62,144 nt of DNA, filler included, from Asterionella formosa (GCA_002256025.1; 9 parts of 9 records of this genome joined end to end with filler, not necessarily neighbours in it); one strand, 5' to 3'; positions 28,350 through 41,622 are shown, numbered from the whole stretch's first letter. Notes: a model not told the origin generated them from the sequence alone. Program-made: numbers and translations.

Positions 28350-29717
28350 ATCATATCGCCTTCGTGTCCATGTAGCAACCTCTTGATAATTTTTCTGAAT
28401 CGTTCCTCCTTCTCTGTACCAGGAAACAATTGACCATTGTCTGTCGTATCTTGTAGATTTTCCGGGAAGCATGTCATGCACTCAAACTATGCAGTTATTG
28501 GGCACGATGCGAAATCTTCAGGGTTGGTATAGCAGTGTTGGGGCTTGAAATTCTTAGAGCCATCTGGATCATTTTTTGAATGAGAAAATCGAATCCCCAC
28601 AGCATTTTGACTCCAAACCAAAGGCTTGATACAGACACCATCAGTACTATCAACTCGGCACATCAAATTCCAAGTTAGGCAAAAATGCAAGTGCAAAAAC
28701 AGCTGATGGAGAGCCATTTTCAATCAACCATATGTTTATTTTTCGGTACAGGTTGATTGTCAATTCACGTTTTCCCTCCTCAAGGCTACCCATCCCATCT
28801 TGTTTTGCCTTACTTGCAATTTGTTTCACGCCAGCTATGAGATCTTTCAGATCATCATAAAAGTCGTCTATAGCCTTCATCTTATACTTCTTAAACAGGT
28901 TGTAAAGTGATGTCTTCTTGTTTTTATACATCTTCTGACTGAGTAGACAGCCTGTGACTGGATTACTGAGGGTCCCAAGATACTTTACAAAGTCTGTAGG
29001 CTTTAAGTCATCAAATTTAATTGGATGCAATCCTATAGAGACTTCCCTTTCCAGAAAACTGCGTATATCTGATCTTGTTTTCTTCATATGAATGGGAATG
29101 TTGTCAATATCATCAGTGATATATCTGATTTGCGCTAGCATCTCCAGTCCTAGTAGCTGGTCCTCATGTTAATAAAGATAAAACAGAAAGACGTCATGTT
29201 CAGACTGGTGCCGGCTCATTGTTGATTTTGCTCTTGTATTCCCTCTGATATTTGCTAAATTCATGAGCTGTAAGGACTTCATTTTATTTGCTTCCTTCTT
29301 CGCTTTTCATGTATCACATTCTCTAATAGTGCTGCCTTGTTTGTCAATCTCTGGTGGAAAAATGCTATCCATGATATTTACAAGTGAAAGTACTACCATG
29401 CCCTCCTCTTGTCATTGATTTGAATCATGTCTCCTCTCTTCATCTTGTTGTAGTTGTTGCAATGCAGTTGCATCATCTGGATTCATCAGGGCGCAACCGA
29501 ACTTTTCATAGCAATGGAAGCATGTTGTTTTGAACTGAATATCTGCTTCTTCATGCAAATGACCGCAAAGAGCATGAATGTTATACCCGCATCCAGGGCA
29601 GTTTTGTGCAATTGACCTTGGAAGCTCCTTCACCATGCATCTCTCTTGAGATGCACAAACCATTTCTTCATTTTCTGACATGAGCGATGTTTTGATGTGG
29701 CAGTGGGTCATTTCCAT
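28350..29717 (-). mobile_element. Degraded CryptonS-like tyrosine-recombinase DNA transposon
   Basis: EEGKRELTINLY...TWNLMCR...LVWSQNAVGIRFSHSKNDPDG...HCYTNPEDFASCPITA...LFPG...RFRKII, plus an N-terminal Cys/His cluster; frameshifted and 3'-truncated. Confidence 0.75.
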
Positions 29718-31819
29718 AGGTATATTGTTGTTGTTCTCAATTGATGTTCATAATTGACTGAGTCATCGGAACCCCGCTATATTTGTTAAGAAGATGTATG
29801 CATATTTTTCGTTGTCTGGAAGAAACATCGTATCATCGCTCAGGCCTTCCGGTTTGCATTCTACCGGTAGGAGTACCTGGTAACTGGTACCTGGTACCTG
29901 GTACCTGGTGAGCGATCTTGCGCATCAATACAGATGTATATAGGGTTAGTGTTAAATCATATATGTATCAGAACTCAATAATGAGAGAACTCGACTTACC
30001 CTCATTGTACACTTTGGTGTCGACTTAGAGAATGAGTTACACATAAGGATCAACAAATAAGCTCATATATTCAACAAATACTACTACTTCTAGTTAGATA
30101 CTTCACTTTGAATTCAAAAAGAGTCCAATTAGAATTAATATTGTTGATGTCCTCTCAAGTTCCAGTAGTCCCATTGATGAAGGATAACAACATACTAAGC
30201 ATCAAGATTCAAACTTCTTTGTGTATCCTTACAAGCCAGGTCGACATTTGGAGTCTTACAGCAAAGATATGATCAATTGACGCTCAGGGGAAGCTTGTTA
30301 ATTGATTTCAGTAAATCCTGTGATATGGCTAACACATATATCTTCAGTCCAGCAGATTCCTTGCTTGTTCATCTACTGCTACAAAAGATGACTCACAGAT
30401 ATCGTCTTGTCTGACTGGATGAGCGTTGCAATACACTCAGATGCTCAGTCCCACCATAACAGTCTCAACAAGAAAGTCATAGTGATGTGGCTGGAAGATT
30501 ACCCTCTTCATGATATCTCTGAGAGTCAATAACAGTGGCTTGATGCCATGATATTACTCAATAAAACATTTCAACATGTTTATAATCGACTTCGCTGCCT
30601 GTCTCAAGACCTTAAAGAAGCTCCTAAAACTCATGATAACTCATCCAGAAGATCAAGAGGATTCCGCCAAGGAAGATTTGAGGTTGATTGTCATTTTGCT
30701 TGATCGACAATGCGTGACAACAAGTGTGTGAATGGAACAATGAAAAGAGCATAAAATAATTGACTCGCTTGGTTTTGACTTACTTCGAGAGTCAACAATC
30801 ATTCAAAGATCAACTCAAGCACATCCTCAAGCATGAGTTCTACCCTACTAAGCCAAAATCGACTTCGCATCGCTGAAGGCAATCGTGTTATGTCGAGAGA
30901 ACGCGCGTGCCTGGTGTCAATTTTCTAACACAAAATCGTAAATAAATAGTTGAAGTTGAAGACAATTCCATGACGCATCAAGAAAATAAGCGTGACTGGT
31001 GTCAATTTTAACAAAAGATCGTCTTCGCATTGCTAAATACAGTCCTGTGATGTATCAAGAGTACAACCACCATTTCAAGCGTAAATTTGTACATGATAAT
31101 TTTGTACTCAGTGGAAATGGCAGGGCACATGCATTTTAATGCAACCGACCACGCATGGAATACGAAACAACGGTCAAACATAAGGTTCATGGAGTTAACA
31201 TTACTAACACTACTAACCTTGTTCCTGTTCGGAATCCTGTTCCTGTTCCTCTCCTGGTGTAGAAATTCCACACGGAGCAAATTATCATACTAACACAGCT
31301 AACTCTATTCATGTTTTTTCTTCCGTGATTACCGGACCTTCCAGTAAATAAAACTAAAATAGAAATCGGGATTACCCAGCACGACTGGCTGGGATATAAT
31401 CTGAAAGTGTCACCAGTAGTGATTTAGATGCACCACGAAAGGAAATAGACAATGGTGATAAAAAAATTCACAATATTTCTTTTCCTTTTTTGATTGGTTA
31501 ACTCGCTTCAACAGTAACAATAGGCAAAATAGCTGATGATTGACTCGGAGCAAGGTCAATGTGAAGGAGTTATCACAATTCAATAGAGAGCACATAAGTG
31601 AAGATGATGACGAAGTATGCGCAAGTTGATGAATTGAAATGTTGAATTTTAATTGAATTACAAGAGAATAGCTTGGGCTCATAACCTGCATTGAAGGTTT
31701 GGACGAGGGAGATCGACTAGGTCAATGAACAAGGAGACGAGAGAGTAGGGGAGTCGGATAACTAACCTGACAAGCTCAATAGGAGATTATAAGGTTTGTT
31801 TGTTAAAAGAGTGATTCAA

Positions 31820-32515
31820 TTAAGGTTGTGTCCCCGCAGTTACACAGTGTAAGGTCCGTTTTTCCCAAAATAATTTAATGATGTACCTTAATCCAAACAT
31901 TACGTACAAGTAAATAAAATAGTTAAAATTAAAATTAGCTTTCACCAACACAAACACTTTGCACATGCTTAGATACAGTCATGGGTCGACTTAGGGGTAT
32001 GTTCTATCTTTTGATATGGTAAGGACCTCATTTCTGGAAAGAAACTGCAGTTATGTATCGTAGAATCGTAGCTAGCTAACTCTCGCAAAAATAGTCAAAA
32101 AAAGGGGCTACGAAGCTTTTCTAAAAATCTAAGATACATAATTGGAGTTTCTCTCCAGAAGGTAACTCCTGACGTTATAGGGTACATGGCTATCAACTTA
32201 ATTCTTCATGAAACCCCGCAGATGTAGAGCAATCCTCCTCCAAAAAGTCGACCTGATCGGCTTTTTCAACATTTGCCAAAATATTGGAATCGGAATTTGT
32301 ATGTGCAAAACGTTCTCGTAGACTTAAAGTCTTGCGTAGGTATGTTTTGCTGCTTAACTCTCAGTCCGACAAGACTCCAGGGTGCGTTGCCGCATCACTA
32401 CACATATTCTGATTGGTTGAATTGAATTTACTCACTTGCTCCAGATTGACTGAAGAATTCCGGTCTTGTAAGATCATACCAGCCACACTTGAACCACATG
32501 GATTAGTTAATATCT
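31820..32515 (-). mobile_element. Right part of family E Kolobok-like element (inverted copy)
   Basis: Reverse complement of about 43330-44018; TTAA at 31820-31823 followed by GGTTGTGTCCC. Confidence 0.88.
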
Positions 32516-32825
32516 GCATATGATGCTCCATACATGCGACGTACAAACCATACCGGCGCAGCCACCAGATTAGGTACATGCGTGAGTGCTAACAATGATG
32601 TACTCGAAACAGTAATAGAATAGTTATAATATTATAGTTCACCTTTATTCACGACAAGGTTCCCCTCAACAGAAATACAATATCTGTTCTCTCTCCCTTG
32701 TCCGCACCTGTGACGTTGCGGCTCTTGTTGGCGGTGCAAACCAGCACTGTTCTCAACAATCAACCGTACAGCACCACTTGCCGGTTCGCTTTCCCTGTCT
32801 CTCGGGCCTTCTTCCACCATGATAT

Positions 32826-33280
32826 TATTGTAATCTGTTCTAAGTATAATACTATTGTAAACCTATTGTAATTTGTTCTAAGTATAATCCTATTGTAAAC
32901 CTATTGTAGTTTCTTTTAAGTATAATATTATTGTAATCTGTTCTAAGTATAATCCTATTGTAAACCTATTGTGATCTGTTCTAAGTATAATACTATTGTA
33001 AACCTATTGTAGTTTCTTTTAAGTATAATATTATTGTTATCTGTTCTAAGTATAATACTATTGTAAACCTATTGTGATTTGCTCTAAGTATAATCCTATT
33101 GTAAACCTATTGTAGTTTCTTTTAAGTATAATATTATTGTAATCTGTTCTAAGTATAATACTATTGTAAAACTATTGATGTTTTTAAGTATAATAGGACG
33201 TAGGTCTCTTGTGGTAATAGTATGATTCCCGAAGGTAAGTATAATCCTATTGTAGTTTCTTTTAAGTATATTCTTATTGT
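32826..33280. repeat. AT-rich minisatellite with a 103-bp higher-order period
   Basis: Built from tattgtaaacc (11 bp) and tattgt..t.t.t.taagtataat.. (27 bp). The variant gtagtttcttttaag recurs at 32906, 33009 and 33112. Confidence 0.93.
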
Positions 33281-33299
33281 GAACTACAATCGTTTCCGC

Positions 33300-34523
33300 T
33301 GTTTTCCCATTCCCTCATCCGCTCTTGACGCCGATCGAGGGCAAACCTACAGCCCTTACTGTAACCCGCCTTCGCAAGGAACTCTTTGCCAACGCTCGCT
33401 CTGTCCACTGTACCAGTGGTGGTGGTGCCAATGGTTTCCTTGGTATTGTCATGGCTGCTGCTCCTTATCTTTTACATGCTGGTGAACCCTTTTTACCGCC
33501 CGAACATCCTGACATCCAGCCGCCACACAGTGCTACTGCAACACAGTCCCAAATCACTGCTGCCAACCGTCTCTTTGACACCTCCCTTGACGCATTCCGC
33601 CATTACTCCCAAATCCGTGAAATTCTCCGACAACAAATTCAAACTGCCATTGACCCAACTTACTACAACGTTCTGGAAGATGCTACATTTGGATATGCAG
33701 ACATCACTGTTCTGACCTTGCTTGCTCACTTAGAATCTCCATATGCAACATTGAGTGCGGATGATTTAGAACTTAATCGCTTGCACTTGGCTGATGCTTG
33801 GACACCAGCCAGAGGAACCTATTGAACATTCATGGATCCGCATCAAACCTCTTCGTGCTATTGCCGATGCTGGTGGGGAACCTTAATAATCTGACAATAC
33901 TTTCATGCGATTGACTCTTTCTGTTTTAGAACAGGCTGGTGTATATTCTCATAGTATTCAAACTTGGCGTGATTGCGCTGAGATGGACCGTACATGCGGT
34001 AGTTTTTGCCTGCATTTCATGCATGCTGATAAGGAACGATTGCGCCTTGCCACCATCACCACCACCGGTTATCATGGTGCCCATGCTGCCATTCAAACCA
34101 ATGGCCCTCCCCCACTGCCAAGTATTGCTGCAGTTGCTCGTGCTGTCCCTTCTGTATACATGTACAACAATGTCCAATTAGGCTATTGTTGGACTCATGG
34201 TCTCACCAAAAACCTTGACCATACCAGTGCAACTTGCAATCATCCAGCTTCTGGCCATCAACTCACTGCCACCCTTGATCGACGTATGGGTGGCAGTGCC
34301 CATATTTTCAGTGATGGTACCCGTCCCACCCGGCCACCCCATGTTTCACCGCCACCTTCAGCACTTGCTTAATGTGGAGGGGAGCAAGTTGCTGTTGATA
34401 ATACTATTAACACAAACTTATCTCCCATCACTTGTCCCCCCGTCACACTCATTGCTGATTCTGGTAGTTCTGGCAATTACGCCACTGTTGATTTACCTGT
34501 CATCAACAAATGACCTACCACCA
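33300..34523 (+). mobile_element. Ty1/copia (CoDi-type) LTR retrotransposon gag plus start of protease, degraded
   Basis: LTPIEGKPT..LRKELFANARSV..GGGANGFLG, YCWTHG..HTSATC..GH..ATL..RMGGS and protease IADSGSSGNY; frameshifts. Confidence 0.85.
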
Positions 34524-34623
34524 NNNNNNNNNNNNNNNNNNNNNNNNNNNNNNNNNNNNNNNNNNNNTTAATTAATTAANNNNNNNNNNNNNNNNNNNNN
34601 NNNNNNNNNNNNNNNNNNNNNNN
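34524..34623. other. Artificial scaffold-joining linker
   Basis: N44-TTAATTAATTAA-N44. Confidence 0.97.
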
Positions 34624-35951
34624 TAAAGACAGCTCAGCTGTTCCGAGAAGAAAAGGCTTCAGAACTCCGACTCAAGAAAAAAGAGAATTCCAAGAACTGT
34701 GGAAAAGGTGCCGAAGAGGTGATCACACAACCAATAGTGGCTGTGACGAAAGGCAACCTGCGCCATACATCTGTGACTCGTTCGCAGCAACAGGCCGTAC
34801 CAAAGGCGAAGCAAACACTTTTTAGTGGAAAAGGTAAAGAAAGACACGTTGAACCAACGACCACCAAAGTTCTTGACCTACCAAATTTTACTCCGATTCA
34901 TGCGTTGGAATTCGATGAACTCTCAGATGATGATGACTTTAGCCTGGACGGCTTTCCGTGGGCCTCTGTGTTCGCCATTTCAAGTCAAACCGATGCAAGC
35001 CAATCGACGCCAGATGAAGATCATAGCGACAGACTGATTAGCGTCATTGGAAATTTTCCAGGAGGAATCTGCATGAATTCTCACACAAAATTTGTGGGAC
35101 TAATGTATTCAACCCCTCTAATATGTAATGAATGCGTGGGTCACTGTAAGCCTGGAAGGTTTGTCAGCTCATTACAAGAGAATATGACAACGGGCATGGA
35201 TACTTCGGTGGGTGAAATTGAATTCCAGAGGCCGTGGCAAAGTGAATACCTGCCTGTTGAGTTTGATGGCGACAAGGCAAACAGTCAAGATCGACTTGTT
35301 CCCATGCTGAAAGACAACCCAAGAATGAATGCTTCCTATAAAATGTCTCATTCAGGTTATGTACCTGAGTGTAAACCAAACGTTAACAACGCTGCTCAGG
35401 AGCTTGAACCAATCGAGTTGGCTACTCCAATTTTGCTTCGTGGTCATGATCAAGACACTGATTTTCCATCCACTACCGAGTTGTCACCTCCAACAAATTC
35501 CGATCCGAAATTTGCTAGTTTGCGACAATGGTCCTGTAATTCTCAACGTTTCATGGTAGAACAGTCGTTTTCTCCGTTGATCTTACAACCTGAAAACAGT
35601 GTCAGGGAATGTAATGACATTGATACAGTCTCTAAAGTTACAACTACTACCAAAATCAAGAGAAAGGCTTCTGATCAAATTGAAAGTGAGACAAATAAGC
35701 ATGGCTTTGCGGGGTCGGCTGTGAAACAGCATTCCATGTGGAATATGAATTTGCACCCTGAGGATCAAGTAGAGCAATCTTCTCTGATCGAAATAACTAG
35801 CAATTTACTGATCCTGATGATGGGCCTTCAAGCTAATGAATTCCTTCGTTTCAGTCCTAGTCATCGAAAGAGCATGATAGAGTCACTCTCTCATGTTTTG
35901 ACCTTGATGAAGAGGCATCATTGTCCTAGTACATCAAACGTCAGTGAATGA
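34624..35951 (+). CDS. Hypothetical protein, 5'-partial, largely low-complexity
   Basis: Frame open from the scaffold edge for over 430 codons; no recognisable domain. Confidence 0.55.
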
Positions 35952-36404
35952 TGTTACTAGTAGTCAGATAGGTACATGTCGCCTTGAATGCCATTCTAGG
36001 GTACTCAGTATGTTCTACTAATTTCTATGATGCCGCAAGAAGAAAGAAACAAATAAAGAAGATGTTTGTTTTGTACTTTTACATAGGAAAATGGCCTCAG
36101 TAAAACTTTGCATAAAACAAGACGAATTTGGTAATAGAAGATAGTTCATCCTTTCTGGTATGCATACTGGTATGTACTTACTGGAGGAATGGAGGTATTG
36201 AAATATATGGCGCCTCTTCTAGCACTCTCCAGTACTTTCTAGTGCCACTCATCTGTATTATATTATTCTGCTATGATATAAATCCTGTCTTCTTCCCTTT
36301 AGACATTCCTCAGACTACAACTAGTCTTCAGACACCTGTTGACATCAGCAGCATAACAGACATACTCTGACATGGGGTGGTTCTACAGGGTACTCCTAGA
36401 ACTT

Positions 36405-37005
36405 CTAAAAAGATAATTCCAAGAACTGTGGAAAAAGTGTCAAAGAGGTGATCACACAACCAATAGTGGCTGTGATGAAAGGCAACCTGCGCCATACATC
36501 TGTGACTTGTTCGCAGCAACAGGCTGTACCAAAGGCAAAGCAATCACTTTATGCAAAAGGTGAAGAAAGCCACGTCACACCAATGACCACCAAAGTTGAC
36601 CTACCAAATTTTACTCCGATTCATGCTTTGGAATTCGATGAACTCCTGAGTGATGATGACAATGACTTTAGCCTGGACGGCTTTCTGTGGGCGTTTGAGT
36701 TCGCCATTCCAACAAGTCAAACCGATGCAAGCCAATCGACGCCAGATGAAGATCATAGCTGCATGAATTCTCACACAAAAGTTGTGGGACCAATGTATTC
36801 AACCCTTCTAATATGCAATGAATGCGTAGGTCACTGTAAGCCTGGAATGTTTGCCAGCTCATTACAAGAGAATATGACAACGGGCATGGATACTTCAGTG
36901 GGTGAAATTGAATTGCTCCATGTGACGCAACTTGACGAGAGTGTTGCCTCAAATGGCTATTACCAGAGGCCATGGCAAGGTGAATATCTGCCTGTTGAGT
37001 TTGAT
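36405..37005 (+). pseudogene. Partial tandem duplicate of the 34624-35951 gene, fused to copia pol
   Basis: Aligns to about 34680-35268 with in-frame indels and many CpG transitions; ends EYLPVEFD at the copia junction. Confidence 0.82.
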
Positions 37006-38110
37006 TTGGGTCGCACTTAAGGATATGAAGCAATCGTATCCCATACAGGTGGCGGAGTACTCAATTGCTAATCGTATTGATGATGAGGCGGCGTTCGTGT
37101 GGTGGGTGCCGACTCTTCTAAATAATCAGGCCTGAGTCCTAGCAAAGGTAAAGTCTAAGTACTGGCAGCGAACTCACAAATACGGTATACGGATACCGAA
37201 GTCTGGCAAAGAGGCGTTAGCAATTGATAAAGCCAATGGTAACACATTGGGTGGGAAAAGCGAGAGGGAGACCTTCCGCCAGGGTACCAAAAGATAAGGT
37301 GCCATTTCGTGTTCGACATCAAAATGGGCGAAAACTTTCGGTGTAAGGCGAGACTAGTTGCTGATGGCAGCCGGACGGAAACGCCCACAGCCCTGATGTA
37401 TTCGTCTGTTGTGTCAAGGGACTCAGTGCGCATCGCCTTATTGGTTGCTTCATTGAACGACCTCCAACTTCTTGCTTGCGATATACAAAACGCTTTTCTA
37501 ACCGCAGATTGCAGAGAAAAAATTTACATAATTGCAGAACCGGATTTTGGGTTGGAAGCGGGAGCTATCATGGTGGTAAAGAAAGGCTGTATGGGCTCAA
37601 ATCAAGCAGTGCGGCATTCAGAGCGGCATTTGGTTTACTTTTATTTTATCATTAATTAGTTTGGAGAGTTGGTTGGGCTCTACACTGTGTTCTTTGTCGA
37701 ATTCCATAGTAGCAAGTGTAGCAGTATGGTCAAAAAGGGTCATTTTGGCAAATGTTTCCATACGGAGTTTCTGCTTGTTAAGTATATTGGTTTGGTCAAA
37801 TGCGTTGCGTGATTTGATATACATATGTAGAATCGATTGTTTGAACATGGGGATAACTGTTTGAACGATTGTTGACTGTAGGTTGAGTTGTAAGTCAGAT
37901 TGTGACAAAAGTTGTAGTTGGTCTTGAGTATAAACTGTTGGAGGAAGGAGATCATAAAGATAAGTCGCAGCATTAATTGTATTGGCGTTGACAAGATCTT
38001 TCCCACGAAAGGGGACCCTGATGTATGAATTCGACTGGCAGTAAAACCAGATGGGTTCTATTACGAAATGATTCTTGTAAATGTTGATGACATTCTTTGC
38101 ACTTCAGCGC
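37006..38110 (+). mobile_element. Ty1/copia (CoDi-type) pol remnant with reverse transcriptase, interrupted by about 370 bp of unrelated sequence (about 37632-38004)
   Basis: WVALKDMKQSYPIQVAEY..AFVWWV, YQKIRCHFVFDIKM..KARLVA, YSSVVSRDSVRIA, DIQNAFL, later DPDV..NVDDIL. Confidence 0.9.
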
Positions 38111-39867
38111 AGCCTAGAGCAACTATCGTCTGCAAATAAAAAGTAAATGCATATAGGATCAAGAGTATTGTACGCTAATTGGCACAGGATTTTTGTATAT
38201 ATGATAATTTTCGGATCAAAAATATGATCAAGGTATCTTGTAACTATTATAATTTATTAATATTTTACCGACCTTGAAGTATAATGATAATAAGAACATT
38301 ATCATCAAACAATGTATATAAACTGATCAACAACATTACTCATCATCATCATAAACCTTCTCATATTATTTTCAATTCTTGTGATTTCCTGATGTAAATT
38401 ATAACTACAATGTATCCTAAAACTAGCTCAACTCTATGCTATCATGTGAATTATTTCATTGTAAATCTATCGTAAACATGATCATAATTCTAATCACAAG
38501 CATTGAAAAAAATAGATTGAAATGGATTGTAATTTAACTATCAAATTAAGCAATGCTATCTATTAATCTAAATGCCAGCAACCCAATGTTTCTCTCTCTA
38601 CTTGGCTCAATGTATATTCTTTCTGTCTCACCCTTCTCTTCCTCTTTTCTGAATCTCGTGCCATGCAATGCCTTACTAATGTTGTGTCTCTCTCCCTGCT
38701 GTAGTAAGTGTCATTCTGAACTTGCCGACTATTCCGTTGTTTGATTGTTTTTATTTTCCTATGCATGCAGTTACAGTAACAATGAGAAGGAATGATTTGT
38801 TAGCTAGTCATGTTACATTGACACAAGAACACGCAATTCCATCGTATCCTCTTGCTTCACTTACCACAAATCAATGCAACTGATGCATAAGTCTGCCTGT
38901 AACAGTAACTTGTCAGTAAATTCTTGAATAAGTAAGTTTCGGGTATCCAATGTTGTTGAATAAAACTTACCGGTTCATTTTTGTCAGCTTAACTTTGAGA
39001 GAAGGTAAACGTTTTGTCAGTTTTGTTCCAACAGAAGTGAATAGGTTCAAGGAGCAACAAGAGCACTTACGCAATTTGGTTTTGTTTTACATTGGTGCTC
39101 CCCAACAAGCGAAACGAGCTGTTGAATCAACTGATAAAAAAGGAAATGTGGCTGCGTTTAGTTAACAATTTGTTGTTGTCCTGCCTCCCAACGGTTGTCA
39201 TCCAAGTACCACATTGATGGCTTCATTACCTTAAACATTCTCCATCCTTCAAATGCGCAATGTGTGGAAGCCACAATGTTTTTCATTATGTATTGCATAA
39301 ACTTTCTTTTCTCTTAATGTGCTTTACTACGACCTATCTTTTCATGAAGCAGCAGGCATTGTTTGTTAACATAACAGAACAATTTCAAAATTATATATGC
39401 CATGAATATAGTAATAAAATTTGTAAATATATATGTATATGAAGTGTAATGCATTTATAACATTAAAAGGCGCTCTACATTTATAAAATTCAAAGGCGCT
39501 CTCGATATGGAACATCTGATATGGTTGAGATGATCATACTCGCATACACATAATTCGAAAATACTCAATGCACTATATGTCCATTGTTTTCCACGACTAC
39601 GTGTACCGGAATTGTTTCTGAAATTTGTTTGCATCGATATTTTCTACGTCCGTTGAAACTAAACTAATTATTTAGACCATTCAATTGGTTTAAGTCATAA
39701 TCGCCAGGGTTTTGGTAGCAAATTGTTTAAGCCTCTTTTTTGGTTGGGAGCTCTTCATGTGTACCGGTACATCATATGACAATAACAATATATCATATAT
39801 ATATACAGAGTACAAGTAGCAGGTAGGAAGTGATATACTGGGGGTAGTTGTAGTAGTAAACTAGCAA

Positions 39868-40205
39868 CAGAACACCATATGTTCAGGACTGTTGCTACTG
39901 CAGTGGGACAGTAAATCATCATAGTTTTAGGATCGTATGATTGTAAAACTAAAAACCAATAGAACACCATATGTTCAGGACTGTTGCTACTGCAGTGGGA
40001 CAGTAAATAATCATAGTTTTAGGATCGTATAATCGTAAAACTAAAAACCAATAGAACATCATATGTTCAGGACTGTAGCTACTGCATTCGAACAGTAAAT
40101 CATCATAGTTTTAGGATCGTATGATTGTGAAACTGGAAAACGGTAGTCGGAAGCAACAGAACATCATATGTCTATGACTGCTGCTACTGCAGCGGGACAG
40201 TAAAT
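39868..40205. repeat. Tandem repeat, 92-bp unit, about 3.5 copies
   Basis: agaacaccatatgttcaggactgttgctactgcagtgggacagtaaat... at 39869, 39961, 40053 and about 40158. Confidence 0.93.
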
Positions 40206-40289
40206 GAATTTAAGATCATCGAACTTTAAGGAAGACAACGACAACAGTTATCAAGTAGTACAATGTCTTCAAGAAACCATAAAGAGGTT

Positions 40290-41250
40290 CATGAAAAAAA
40301 AGACATGTGGCAAATACTGACGGTATGGAAAAAAGAAGCAAGTTCCAAAATGAGTTAACAAAGAAAAAGCGAATAGACCCAATCAGCGATTGGGAGACGT
40401 TGGGGGTAATACCCCATCGTCGATGGGGACACCATCAGCTACTAGTACAAAGGATCCCGTAACTGATACTGACAGCGATGATGACGTTTCTACTTCAGCT
40501 ATTGATACAAGAAAATTGGCTCCTGTCGATGATACCATTAATAACTCCCGAATGCAGATGCAGATGGACGACATGGTACAATATCATAAATTTTCTAATC
40601 GCACGGACCAACAAGTACATGAAAAACTGAGGAAAAAAAATTTTGCACTTGCCAAAGGATATTATCAATTGGTCAATGAACTCAATCACTACAAAGGTCG
40701 TAATTCGGTTCAAAACTCGTCCATACAAGGTTATCAAGACTCTTCAATTTCAGCAGCCATATCAGAACGTCGTTCTCGCTAAAATTGAACCGATCCATCA
40801 ATTGTCACAAAAGTTGTTAGTTTTATTTGCTTTCAAGACCAAGAAGTTTTGCTGTGAACATGTAAGTTTGATGTTATAGTTCGTGAATTGCAGGTACTTT
40901 AAAACAGAATATTTATCAAATGTGCTTTTTTCTGGTCCCAAAAGAGAATTAAACATCCCACCCTATCTGGTCCAAGTAGTATGAAAGGCATTTCCAATCA
41001 CAAACAGGATTGGTTTGCCGAATATTGCCTAACTCGGCTATACACAGTGAAACCAGAGTTAGGCAAAGAAGTGGAGAGTGACCAGAGCTTGCCGATTTCA
41101 TATGGAATGGTTCTGATGCACTACTTCCAATGAATCAGACCATTGAACTTACCAATAAGGCATGTTTAGATTACATCAAATCAACATTTGGTGGCATGTG
41201 CATAAAAAAGTTGAGAGAATGTCAGAATGTATTGAATAATCAATTTAAAG
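40290..41250 (+). pseudogene. Degraded member of an unknown, probably TE-accessory, intron-containing gene family
   Basis: Homologous to 59335-60360: NSSI.[GE]Y.DSS, KFC followed by a GTAAGT donor, GIS..W[FY]A, WNG, FGGMCIK. Confidence 0.6.
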
Positions 41251-41431
41251 GAATCTTACATCTAAGCCGCGAAATCCGCCACTTTTCGAAATTTCGTCTA
41301 CGTATGAGTGTTAATTATGTGGTACTTCACATGCATTAATGCCACTCTTCACGTAAAAAAGATTACTTTTAACGGTTTCATGTGAAGTTTTAACTGCTTC
41401 ATGTGAAGTTTTCACAATGAATTTTGAACGC

Positions 41432-41531
41432 NNNNNNNNNNNNNNNNNNNNNNNNNNNNNNNNNNNNNNNNNNNNTTAATTAATTAANNNNNNNNNNNNN
41501 NNNNNNNNNNNNNNNNNNNNNNNNNNNNNNN
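41432..41531. other. Artificial scaffold-joining linker
   Basis: N44-TTAATTAATTAA-N44. Confidence 0.97.
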
Positions 41532-41622
41532 TTGTCTCTATACAATTTTTTTAACATTGTTCTATAGTTTGATAGTGTAACCCATCAATAGTAACAACAA
41601 ACAATATAGACTACAACATCAA

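Noticed and set aside
29990..30900. Possible retroelement or recombinase remnant
   Set aside because: Too degraded; no motif could be identified with confidence in any frame.
32826..33280. CRISPR-like array (also considered for 39868-40205 and 57480-57682)
   Set aside because: No unique spacers, no cas genes, eukaryotic context; these are plain tandem repeats.
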